Under the pieces are notes generated by a model. The model was given only the letters and a program-made list of their open reading frames with translations. It made no database searches and was not told where the DNA came from. The position numbers were made by a program, and so were the translations under genes. Positions 30,453-40,289 of a DNA stretch of 64,000 nt are shown here, in pieces. Every line of letters starts with the position of its first letter. Within the stretch, counting starts at the first letter, position 1. The DNA is from a virus, in the IMG/VR virus record IMGVR_UViG_3300037606_000137, positions 32,001-96,000 of that record. One strand, written 5' to 3'.

Positions 30453-31342
30453 ATAATAAATTAAAATTAGATGATCGTATGAAACAATACGAACATATTA
30501 ATAGAAACTATTTAATTCCTAACATGTATAATGTTATTCGTTTAGATGGTAAAGCTTTTCATACATATACAAAGCAATTTATTAAACCATTTGATGATGT
30601 ATTTATTAATGCAATGAATGAAACTGCAAAATATATATGTGAAACAATGCAAGGTGCAAAATTTGCTTTTGTACAAAGTGATGAAATATCTATATATTTT
30701 ACAGATACTGATAACCATGAACAACAATTATGGTTTGGTGGTAATATACAAAAAATAGTATCAGTAGCAGCATCTAAAGCAGCAGCAAAATTTAACCAAA
30801 TTATATTTTTACATAATTCAAAATCTACAATAGAAGAATTACAACAACTACAATTAGCCGAATTTGATGCTCGCGTTTTTCAATTACCAAACAAACATGA
30901 ATTATTAAATTGTTTTATTTGGAGACAAGAAGATTGTATTAGAAATAGTGTATCTACTGTAGCACAATATTTTTATTCTACAAAAGAATTACATAAAAAA
31001 ACAGTAAAAGATATGAAAACTATGCTACTTGAAAGTGGTAGAGCATGGGAAAATTATAATTCAAAATATAAAAATGGTAGATTTATTTCTAAAGAAATTT
31101 ATATAAATGATATTTTAGTTGGTGATAATGAAACAGAAATTCGGTACCAACCAGATAATGAAGGTATTTTTAAATCTAAATATGGTAGAGCATTACAATT
31201 AAACACGTCTGAAAATGATGAAATTGATTGGTGTGATATTAAAATTAAAAAAATGAGATCTTTTTGGAATATTTCTAATGCTAATATATTTTTAAACGTT
31301 AGAGAAACATTAATAAAAAAATATTTTCATAATGATAAATAA
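30449..31342 (+). CDS. thg1: tRNA(His) guanylyltransferase, Thg1-like
   Basis: RMKQYE, IRLDGKAFHTYT, QSDEIS, FDARV, WRQ.D..RNS. Confidence 0.92.
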   Translation: MNNKLKLDDRMKQYEHINRNYLIPNMYNVIRLDGKAFHTYTKQFIKPFDDVFINAMNETAKYICETMQGAKFAFVQSDEISIYFTDTDNHEQQLWFGGNIQKIVSVAASKAAAKFNQIIFLHNSKSTIEELQQLQLAEFDARVFQLPNKHELLNCFIWRQEDCIRNSVSTVAQYFYSTKELHKKTVKDMKTMLLESGRAWENYNSKYKNGRFISKEIYINDILVGDNETEIRYQPDNEGIFKSKYGRALQLNTSENDEIDWCDIKIKKMRSFWNISNANIFLNVRETLIKKYFHNDK

Positions 31343-32072
31343 TACAAATAAATTTATAATTATAAATGATAATCTAATTTCAATCAGTGATATTGTATTA
31401 ATTAAACCTGCATTATATCATAATGGATATTCTGCATCATTTTCAATTATATTTAATAATAATAATATTGAATTGAATCAATATTATTATTATAATGAGT
31501 TTAGTAATAATTATGATAATTCTCCAACAGTCACTAAAAACATTATTAAAAACTCTATATTAGATTTTTTAAATGATGAAATATTAAAATTTAAATTTTT
31601 ATTAATAAATAATGACATTAATAAAAATTTAAATTATTTACAAACAAGTGATTTAAAAGAAAAATATGAAAAATGTGAAATTTATGAAAATATGATAAAT
31701 GATGTTAATAATTTATAAAATAAATATATGAAAATAATAATAGATAATGATGGTGATGCAATTTTCTTACATAAAGAAAATATTAAGAGTATTTCAAAAA
31801 TAAAAAGTAATAGTTCTTATCTTTATTTTAATGTTAATTGGATAGATGGAGCAGAGAATTCATTTATTTTTGAATATTCAAATTATGATATGGATAAAGA
31901 TATTTTATTAAATAAAATATCAAAAATACGTTTAGATATACTTAGTGATTTAAATGGTGGAATTAATCCTGAAATAATGTTTCCGGAAATTAATTTAAAA
32001 AAAGAAATTAAATTAACTACTCATCCAAATATATAAAATAAATATATAAAATAAATAAATAAATAAATAAAT

Positions 32073-32477
32073 ATGGACGTTTTCCTTGGTGGTACATGTA
32101 ATAATTCTGAATGGAGAGATGAATTAATACCTTTATTAAATTGTGATTATTTTAATCCTGTTGTAGATGATTGGACAGAAGATGCACAAAAATTAGAATT
32201 ACAAAAACGCATAGAATGTGATTTTGTGCTTTATGTAATAACACCAAAAATGACTGGTGTGTATTCATTAGTCGAAGCTACAGATGATTCAAATAAGAGA
32301 CCACAAAGAACTATATTTTGTGTTCTTACAAATGATGATGGTAACGAATTTACAGAATCACAATTAAAGTCATTAGAAATGACAAAAAATTTAATTAGAA
32401 ATAATAATGCTAGAGTTTTTGATACGTTACAAGATATTGCAAGTTTTTTAAATTATATGAATTTGGTACCAAATTAA
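32073..32477 (+). CDS. Nucleoside 2-deoxyribosyltransferase-like protein
   Basis: VFLGGT..S.WR..FNP.V.DW..E; S..E. Confidence 0.75.
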   Translation: MDVFLGGTCNNSEWRDELIPLLNCDYFNPVVDDWTEDAQKLELQKRIECDFVLYVITPKMTGVYSLVEATDDSNKRPQRTIFCVLTNDDGNEFTESQLKSLEMTKNLIRNNNARVFDTLQDIASFLNYMNLVPN

Positions 32478-32544
32478 ACTTAATTGTTTTTATTCTGTAT
32501 AATAATTCTAAATAACAAAAATAAAAAGAATTAAAATTATTATT

Positions 32545-32715
32545 ATGGACAAGAATCAAATTTTTACAGAATTAGAAACATTATGGGAAGCATTTAAAGC
32601 AGAACATGAATCAACAAAGAAAATTGCAGGTGGTAGAGCTAGAAAAGCAATTGGTGAAATGAAAAAATTAGTTACACCTTACCGTCAAGCATCTGTTGAA
32701 GCAGGAAAATTATAA
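32545..32715 (+). CDS. Histone H1-like (Hc1-family) small protein, 56 aa, absent from the ORF track
   Basis: KKIAGGRARKAIGEMKKLVTPYRQASVE resembles the Bacteroidota Hc1-like motif. Confidence 0.7.
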   Translation: MDKNQIFTELETLWEAFKAEHESTKKIAGGRARKAIGEMKKLVTPYRQASVEAGKL

Positions 32716-32811
32716 AAAATAAATAAAAATTTTTATATATCAAAATAAATTCTTATATTTGTTTTGTAAAAGTAAAAAGGGAAGAAAAAAAATTAATATA
32801 TACAATTAAGA

Positions 32812-32904
32812 ATGAAAAATTTATCAAACATATTAGTGGATCGTTATTATGATCGTGAACCGGAGAGATTACTTGGGACTAACAATGTTATGTGTAAATT
32901 TTAA
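32812..32904 (+). CDS. Putative attenuator leader peptide MKNLSNILVDRYYDREPERLLGTNNVMCKF
   Basis: Lies between promoter motifs (32754-32761, 32794-32802) and the terminator; contains GGGACT complementary to the terminator 5' arm. Confidence 0.65.
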   Translation: MKNLSNILVDRYYDREPERLLGTNNVMCKF

Positions 32905-32941
32905 TTATTAAAAAGATATTAAATTTTTAAACAAATAACTG

Positions 32942-32971
32942 AAAAGTCCCTTAGCAATAAGGGACTTTTTT
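32942..32971 (+). terminator. Intrinsic terminator (attenuator) 14 nt before tRNA-Glu
   Basis: AAAAGTCCCTTA-GCAA-TAAGGGACTTTTTT. Confidence 0.85.
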
Positions 32972-32985
32972 ATTTTAAATCATAT

Positions 32986-33057
32986 GCTCCTATCGTCTAA
33001 CGGTCAGGACTCTACCTTTTCAAGGTAGCAATGAGAGTTCGATTCTCTCTGGGAGTA
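32986..33057 (+). tRNA. tRNA-Glu(TTC)
   Basis: Cloverleaf; CTACC-TTTTCAA-GGTAG. Confidence 0.92.
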
Positions 33058-33139
33058 CAAAAAATAAATTGTAGTGTACAATAGGTGAAATTTGTATATG
33101 AATGGTAAGACAGCTCGAGACTGTATTTATTTTTTTTAA

Positions 33140-33219
33140 CTAGATGCTTGAGCAGTTGGTTGAACTCGCCTGTTTTGGGAACAGGAGCATTTGCGTAGGT
33201 TCGAATCCTACCATCTAGA
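33140..33219 (+). tRNA. tRNA-Pro(TGG)
   Basis: CTAGATG/CATCTAG acceptor; CCTGT-TTTGGGA-ACAGG. Confidence 0.88.
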
Positions 33220-33415
33220 CATAAATTATTGATAACAAACAAGTTACAATAAAAAATATATTTACTAGTAATGTTTAGTAAATTAAAGATAATAGTTGGA
33301 TAATGAAAATATGAGCTGTAACTTGTATAATAGTAATTATAAGCTAGAATATAGAAATGATATAATATTTAAGTATTATTACAGTAAGAAAGAATTAAAT
33401 TGAATTGAAGTATTT

Positions 33416-33490
33416 TTTATGTGTGGTGTAATTGGATAGGCACGCTTGCGTTGAGTGAGTAGATTATTGGTTCGAATCCAATACATGAAA
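33416..33490 (+). ncRNA. tRNA-like RNA with 5-nt anticodon loop
   Basis: GTGT..GCAC D arm, CTTGC-GTTGA-GTGAG, ATTGG-TTCGAAT-CCAAT. Confidence 0.6.
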
Positions 33491-33500
33491 CAAAAAATAA

Positions 33501-33571
33501 GGTCCATTGGTGAAATGGTATCATGACTCACTGTCTATGAGTTGTCGTCGGATCGTAACCGGCATGGACCG
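33501..33571 (+). tRNA. tRNA-Asp(GTC), atypical T loop
   Basis: ACTCA-CTGTCTA-TGAGT; G73. Confidence 0.85.
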
Positions 33572-33597
33572 CTAAAGAAACAAAAATAATAAAATAA

Positions 33598-33670
33598 GGT
33601 CCTGTAGCACAATTGGTAGTGTAACTTGTTGTCTGCGAGATGGTTGACGGTTCGAATCCGTTCAGGACCG
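33598..33670 (+). tRNA. tRNA-Asp(GTC), second copy
   Basis: GGTCCTG/CAGGACC-G; loop TTGTCTG. Confidence 0.8.
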
Positions 33671-33736
33671 CAATAAACTGAGTTAGTGTACTACAAGTTC
33701 GAAACTTGTGATCTTGACAAAAAAAAATTAAAAAAG

Positions 33737-33826
33737 ATGAAAAAAATAATAGTAAATAAAAATGTAATGATAAGTGTAAGAAATATTTCTTATTCATATT
33801 ATTATAACTTATTGAAATCTCAATGA
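33737..33826 (+). CDS. Putative Tyr-rich attenuator leader peptide MKKIIVNKNVMISVRNISYSYYYNLLKSQ
   Basis: Four TAT codons at 33791-33805; the stop overlaps an antiterminator segment. Confidence 0.7.
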   Translation: MKKIIVNKNVMISVRNISYSYYYNLLKSQ

Positions 33827-33853
33827 GACTGAAATTGTATTTTAACAAATTTT

Positions 33854-33886
33854 AAGTCCTATTGAGAAATCAGTAGGACTTTTTTT
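33854..33886 (+). terminator. Intrinsic terminator (attenuator) immediately before tRNA-Tyr
   Basis: AAGTCCTATTGA-GAAA-TCAGTAGGACTTTTTTT. Confidence 0.85.
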
Positions 33887-33890
33887 ATAA

Positions 33891-34565
33891 CCGACAGTAT
33901 GCAAGTGGTTAAAGCAGGGGGATTGTAAATCCTGTTACAGTCAATTCGAATTTAATATATAAAGATAAAAAACTATATATGTGTGATTTGAAAAAATGTG
34001 AAAATTGTGATAACGATCATAATGGTGATTATGGAAGTGGAAGATTCTGTTCGAATAAATGTGCTAGAGGATTCTCAACCAAAAATAAACGAAAAGAAAT
34101 AAATAAAAAAGTAAGTAATACATTACAGTTAAAATTAAATAATGGATTAACAACACAACAAGTAATACAAAAAAAATATGCAGCTAAACACGCTTCTTAT
34201 ATTAGAGAAACTGAAATAACTACATTATATGATTTAAGTACACGTACAATAAGTAAAATATTAAAAAGATTAAAATTACCATGTTCATTATGTAAATGGT
34301 ATGTTGAAGATGTTGTTGGTGATTTACATCATATAATAGAAAGAAAAAATGGTGGTTCAAACAATCATGATAATTTAACATATGTATGTCCTAATTGTCA
34401 TAGATTAATTCATTCTAATAAAATAGATAATAGTAAAATAATAAATCTTAAAGATTATATTGGTGACGAATGGAAAAAATATTATTATGTAATCAATAAA
34501 AAATTAATAAACAAATAATTTGTTCTCTTCGGAGTTCGTAAGTTCAAATCTTACCTGTCGGACCA
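33891..34565 (+). tRNA. tRNA-Tyr(GTA) split by an insertion (5' part 33891-33936, 3' part 34525-34565 with encoded CCA)
   Basis: CCGACAG pairs with CTGTCGG-ACCA; loop TTGTAAA; CTC-TTCG-GAG variable arm; GTAAG-TTCAAAT-CTTAC. Confidence 0.85.
33979..34518 (+). CDS. HNH endonuclease inserted in tRNA-Tyr
   Basis: C..C..GSGRFCSNKCA; DLHHII....GGSN...NLTYVCPNCHRLIH. Confidence 0.88.
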   Translation: MCDLKKCENCDNDHNGDYGSGRFCSNKCARGFSTKNKRKEINKKVSNTLQLKLNNGLTTQQVIQKKYAAKHASYIRETEITTLYDLSTRTISKILKRLKLPCSLCKWYVEDVVGDLHHIIERKNGGSNNHDNLTYVCPNCHRLIHSNKIDNSKIINLKDYIGDEWKKYYYVINKKLINK

Positions 34566-34731
34566 CAACAATTTTAAGTTGTACTTCTAATTTTATTAAA
34601 TTAAAACATAAATATGTTGATGTATTTTTGTTTTAATTTTTTTGTTTATATAATTGTATTCATAACAATTTAAACAAAGTTAAACAATTCATATATAATA
34701 CTATAGAAAATATAGTAAATATAGTAAAGCT

Positions 34732-35265
34732 ATGGGAACAATAAAAGATTATATACAAGAAAGAATAACATTAAATCATTTACCTTTAAATATTAATGAA
34801 TGTTTAGCTGTTATAGAAACATATGAAACAATATATTCTAATGTTTCAGAGAAAGAACGTTTTTTTTTATTTATCAAAAATAAAGTTGGAGAAATACTAA
34901 CAAATATTGATGAAGATTTGTCTGAAATTTTAGGATGGTTACATGTACATAAAAGTAAACAAGATATAGTTTATTTTTTATTTGAAACCGAAGAAGATTA
35001 TTATAATTGGTTAAGTGTTCGTAAAGATTTATATTTACAATTAAATGAAGATTACACAAGATTATTAAATTTTTTAGAATTATCGACTATGGATTTCATT
35101 TCTGATATAACTACTAATTGTAATTATATCTTAGAATTAAAAAATAAAAAAACAGATTTTAAAAAAGAAGGATATGGTGTTGATGTTGAATCAACAATAT
35201 CATTCATTAAATACTTAGGTGCATCATTTAAAAAAGGATATAACTTTAAACCAACAAAAATATGA
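34732..35265 (+). CDS. Hypothetical protein
   Basis: ORF with a TAAAC-N18-TATAAT promoter. Confidence 0.6.
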   Translation: MGTIKDYIQERITLNHLPLNINECLAVIETYETIYSNVSEKERFFLFIKNKVGEILTNIDEDLSEILGWLHVHKSKQDIVYFLFETEEDYYNWLSVRKDLYLQLNEDYTRLLNFLELSTMDFISDITTNCNYILELKNKKTDFKKEGYGVDVESTISFIKYLGASFKKGYNFKPTKI

Positions 35266-35762
35266 AAATAAAATTTTTGTTTTTCAATACTTTTGATAGT
35301 ACCGAACCATGTGATATTAAAATACTTTCTGGTAATAGTTTAAAAGAAATACTTTCAGATAATTATACTATTAATGATACACATTATAACGATTATAATG
35401 ATATAGAAAAAACATTATTAAATGGTGGTAAAGTTGTACTTGATGAATCATCTGATAAATCAGATGATCCACAATTTTGGCATGAAGACGATTGGATTAT
35501 AAAAATAGAAATAATAGAAATATGAATACAATTAAAATAAGACAATACACACCACCACAATTATCAGTTTTTGATTTCAATGATCAATTTATTGGATTTA
35601 TTAACCATTATGAAGAATTTAAATCGTTACAAAATGATATTTTTAATAATGCTATTACTGGTTATTACGCTACTTATGGTGAACATAAAATAATTTTTAC
35701 AGAATTTGGTTATGTTGGTATAGATAATATTATATTTTTAAAATCACTTTATAATATAAAAC

Positions 35763-36677
35763 ATGAATATTAAAAATATTGATGTTAGTAAAATTTCAGA
35801 TTTAATTTTATTAACAAAAGATTTAAGAAATTTCAAAAGTGAAATTGTATTAAAAGCAAAATTAGAAGCAATAAACAATTTTTTTAAAACACATAATTTA
35901 GATTCTTGTGTTTTAGGTTTATCTGGTGGTATAGATTCATCAGTTGTTTTAATGTTATTATTAGAAGCATCAAAATTATCAGAATCACCAATTAAAAAAG
36001 TGATTGGTGCATTTATGCCAATTTATTCTCAAGGTATTACTGGACAAGATGCTGCTAATGTATATGTAAATCAATTATTATTATTTCTTGCAGAAAGTTA
36101 TAGTGTATTTAATTATAGAAAAATAGATTTAAGTATAGTTTCAAACGAATATAGTAAAACATTAAATATACGTGATAAACGAACAGTTGGACAAATTGAT
36201 TCTATTATTAGAACACCTGCAATGTATGGTCTTGCTGCTGATTTACAATATAGAAATTTTAAATCTATTGTTGTAGGAACTACAAATAGAGATGAAGGTG
36301 CATATATCGGATTTTATGGTAAAGCAAGTGATGGAATGAATGATCTTCAACCAATTGCTGATTTACATAAATCAGAAGTTATTGAATTAGCAAAATTGTT
36401 AAACATTGATAAACATATTATAAATCGTCCACCAATGGGTGATGTTTGGGATGGATCATTAGATGAAGATACAATTGGTGCACCTTATTGGGCATTAGAA
36501 ATGTATCAAATACTTATGGAATTTAATGCAACATACTTAATTAATAGAGTTACAAATTGTCCAGAATTAATCAAATATGTATTAAATATAGAATCAATTC
36601 ATAATATAAATGCTCATAAATATATGGTTGGTTCTCCAAGTCATTATATCGATGTAATGAATAGAAAAATAAAATAA
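35763..36677 (+). CDS. nadE: NH3-dependent NAD+ synthetase
   Basis: LGLSGGIDSSV; GTTNRDE; DG..D.QPIADLHKSEV. Confidence 0.9.
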   Translation: MNIKNIDVSKISDLILLTKDLRNFKSEIVLKAKLEAINNFFKTHNLDSCVLGLSGGIDSSVVLMLLLEASKLSESPIKKVIGAFMPIYSQGITGQDAANVYVNQLLLFLAESYSVFNYRKIDLSIVSNEYSKTLNIRDKRTVGQIDSIIRTPAMYGLAADLQYRNFKSIVVGTTNRDEGAYIGFYGKASDGMNDLQPIADLHKSEVIELAKLLNIDKHIINRPPMGDVWDGSLDEDTIGAPYWALEMYQILMEFNATYLINRVTNCPELIKYVLNIESIHNINAHKYMVGSPSHYIDVMNRKIK

Positions 36678-36688
36678 TATATAAAAAT

Positions 36689-37723
36689 ATGAAAAAACTT
36701 TTAATAAGTATAATGTTCATAATTTCTGTATTTACAGTAATTGGGCAAATAATATATAGTTGGACACCTAATGTAAATCCAGGTTGGACATCAAGTAATC
36801 CATCAGTAAGTACGTTAGGTTGGCAATCTGTTGCTAATATTGTATCTACATCTGACCAAGTTGTAATAAATGGTGGGTGGTATACATATGATGATTCACA
36901 AATAACAACATATACTAGTCCATTAATTAATACAACCTGTTTATTATCTAGTGCTGTTGTAATAAATTTCACTTTAGATATAAATTTAGAAAACCGAAGG
37001 GATTGGTTATATTTTCAATATTCATCAGATGGTGGAACAACATGGTTAAATCCTGTAGTTACTAGTGGTTCTATTAATAATTCTTTTGTAAATTTATCAC
37101 CATTTCTACCTTTAACAGCATGGGTTAATAATAATTCAAACAGAAATGGTTGGACTAATAATATAGGGGTTATAAATTTAAGTTATACAATACCATCGTC
37201 TATTAATTCAAGATTTAGATTTATTTTTGCTTCGAACTTCGCTGTTAATACATATGGGTCAAATTTTATATATTATGCTGATATTTCTGTTTTCCGTATA
37301 TTATGTACAACACAGTTACCCATTGAGCTTATTGATTTTGTTGGATATAATGAAATTGATAATGTATTAGAATGGGAAACAGCTACCGAAAAAAATAATG
37401 ATTATTTTACATTAGAACATTCAGAAAATGGTACTGATTGGAATATAATCGGTAGAGTTGATGGTAAAGGTGATTCACAATCAAAACAATCATATAATTT
37501 TAAACATCAAGATTTTAAATTTATAACAAATTATTATAAATTAAGTCAAACAGATTTTGATGGTGTTGTAAGAATATATAATAATCATGTAGCAATTAAC
37601 AACACACAAGGCTTTAAACACATAGTTAGAGTTATTAATTTATTAGGTCAAACAGTTGATATAAATACAACAGGTGTAAAGATTGTTATATACAGTGATG
37701 GAACAATTAAAAAAATAATGTAA
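36689..37723 (+). CDS. Secreted protein with Bacteroidota T9SS-cargo-like architecture
   Basis: Signal peptide; LPIELIDF..WETATEKNNDYF.LE.S..G..W..YYKL.QTDFDG; C-terminal NLLGQ..YSDG..KK. Confidence 0.75.
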   Translation: MKKLLISIMFIISVFTVIGQIIYSWTPNVNPGWTSSNPSVSTLGWQSVANIVSTSDQVVINGGWYTYDDSQITTYTSPLINTTCLLSSAVVINFTLDINLENRRDWLYFQYSSDGGTTWLNPVVTSGSINNSFVNLSPFLPLTAWVNNNSNRNGWTNNIGVINLSYTIPSSINSRFRFIFASNFAVNTYGSNFIYYADISVFRILCTTQLPIELIDFVGYNEIDNVLEWETATEKNNDYFTLEHSENGTDWNIIGRVDGKGDSQSKQSYNFKHQDFKFITNYYKLSQTDFDGVVRIYNNHVAINNTQGFKHIVRVINLLGQTVDINTTGVKIVIYSDGTIKKIM

Positions 37724-39122
37724 AAATATTTTTTTATTTAAATATTTTTTATATATTTGTTATATGAAAATATTAATAAATTATTTAAGTGTACTTTTAG
37801 ATTTAAAATCATTGATGTTTTATTTTAAACGTTCTTGTGTGATGGTTGAGATTTATAAATCAAATATCTATCATAGATTTGTACCAGTATCTAATGTTTT
37901 AGTTGAATCAGATTATGCTATTAAATTTGGACTTGATTCAAGTCATACTAATCGCATAATTAAAGAAAAAGAAAAAACAAATTTACCCATACCTAGAGAA
38001 TTATATGATAACCGTACAGGATATTATATTGATGGAACACCAATTGTAACTAGATTACATCCATTACATGATAAACAATTAGTTTGTAAAAAAACAGGTA
38101 AAAGATATGTAATTGATACTGTTCATTATACAAATTATTATGGGAAACATATAATGTTAGGTATGCGTCAAGAAGGATCTAAATCACATAAACATATTAC
38201 TTGGACTAATATTTCATGCCGTGAACCAGATACAGTTAAATCTATTAAAGAAAATTCAAAAAAATATATAATAGAAGATAAAACATATTTTGAAGAATAT
38301 TAATCAATAAAAAATACAACAATAAAAACATGAAAAAAATATTAATTTTTTTATTATTATTAATTAGTAATAATTTATTTACACAAATAGTAGTAAAAAC
38401 ATATTCAAATGATCATACACTTATATCAAAAATTGAAACCGAAACATCTATTGAAATTAATTTATATTTAAATAAAAAAGATATTGCAAAAATTATAAAA
38501 TTTAATGTATATGATGGTGATGAAAAAATTGCTATGTCTAATTATGAAATTAAAAAAAATAAATTTTATGGTAATATATGGGATTGTAATTTAGTTGATA
38601 GTAATAACAATAAATTCAAAATGTTATTATTAATTTATGAAGATGAAGATGAAGATCAAATAAAAATGATTACATTCTTATATAAAGATAAATATATAAT
38701 ATTCACTGGTAATTTAACATATTAAAAATGATTAAAAGTATAACAGATATTAAAATAAGTAAACCATTATTATTAATAAGTGAAATACGTAAAGATTTTC
38801 CTAATAAACCATTTCATGAAATTAAAGAATTTGTTGTTTCATTAATTAAAAATAAAGAATTATTAGTAAGTGATAATTCTGAAAATCAAGAAATATATAG
38901 ATTATTAATTTATTCTGATAATATTGTTGGTGTTTTTAAAAACATAGACGAAGATAATTATACAGAACCATCTAAGAACAATACAGAATTAATTAATAAT
39001 GTATTAGAAAACAAATTAGGTTTAACTGATTCGGAAAGATGGTTTAATATACAAACTAAAGAAAATAAAGAATACGTTAAACAATTATCAATTATTTTTA
39101 ACCCAAATTTAATAGCACACTA

Positions 39123-39635
39123 ATGAAATTATTTATACCGGAAATTGGAACTGAATTTATACTAACTAAAGATTGGTTATTTAAATTAATTCTTGAAAAA
39201 AGAAATAATAAATTAATTAAAAGATTTTATCCAAATTATTATAATGAGTCATATTCATATTACAGTTATGTAATTGCTGATATTCTTGAATTTAAAGGTC
39301 AAGTATTACAATCAAATATATTACATGCACTTATAAATAATATACCATATAGAAGTGATATGACAAAAGATGGAAGAACACAATTTAAATTAGATTTATA
39401 TAATTTATGGATGGATAATCCAACAGAATGGATAGCTGAAGAAAAATTAGATGCAATATGTTTACCAGTTGGAACAGTATTAAAAGTAGATCGTATTTAT
39501 ATTCGTAAAGGTAAAGATATGTCAAATTATTCATCTATATCATTTTATGCACAATTACCAGGTGATAAATCAAAAATTAGATTTTTTGCAAAACTTGATG
39601 ATGTGAATACAATTGAATGTGAATTAAAATTATAA
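39123..39635 (+). CDS. Hypothetical phage protein
   Basis: LFIPEIGT..LKVDRIYIRKG. Confidence 0.6.
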   Translation: MKLFIPEIGTEFILTKDWLFKLILEKRNNKLIKRFYPNYYNESYSYYSYVIADILEFKGQVLQSNILHALINNIPYRSDMTKDGRTQFKLDLYNLWMDNPTEWIAEEKLDAICLPVGTVLKVDRIYIRKGKDMSNYSSISFYAQLPGDKSKIRFFAKLDDVNTIECELKL

Positions 39636-40289
39636 TATTTTCACTATTGAAATTATATGTATATATTTGTATCAATAATATTATAATTAAAAAATGATTA
39701 AACTTAATGAATTAATTGAATTAGGATTTTATGTTAATATACATAATAATAATGAATATTTTCTATATGGTTGGGAATATTTATATGTAGTTAGTTCTTG
39801 TGATTTTTTTTGTATATATGATGGTTGTGGTGAAGAAGAGTTTATAGCAAAAATATATAATTTAGAACATTTAAAAGAAATTATAGAATTATTACCAGAA
39901 AATAATTAATATGGAAAAACATTTTGTATCATATGATATTGCATTAGTATTAAAAGAATTAGGTTTTGATGAAATGTGTTTTGGTTATTATTATAATCAA
40001 GGAGATCTTAAAATAACAAGTGGTATTTATAATTTGACTAAAACTTGTATATTGGCACCAATATATGATCAAGTATTTGATTATATTAGTACTATTTTTA
40101 AAATTGATTGTAATATTATATCTTTTGGAAATAAATTAAATTGTTGGGAATTTACTATTTGTAATATAGTTAATTCAAAAGATGATAATTTGGATTATGA
40201 TTCATCATATAATGAATTATTATTTGATACACCAAAAGATGCAAAAGATGCATGTTTGAAGATGGTTATTGATATAATACAAAGAAAAA

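Noticed and set aside
33937-34524. Group I intron in tRNA-Tyr
   Set aside because: No P/Q/R/S core visible, almost no non-coding space, and the insertion is not in the anticodon loop.
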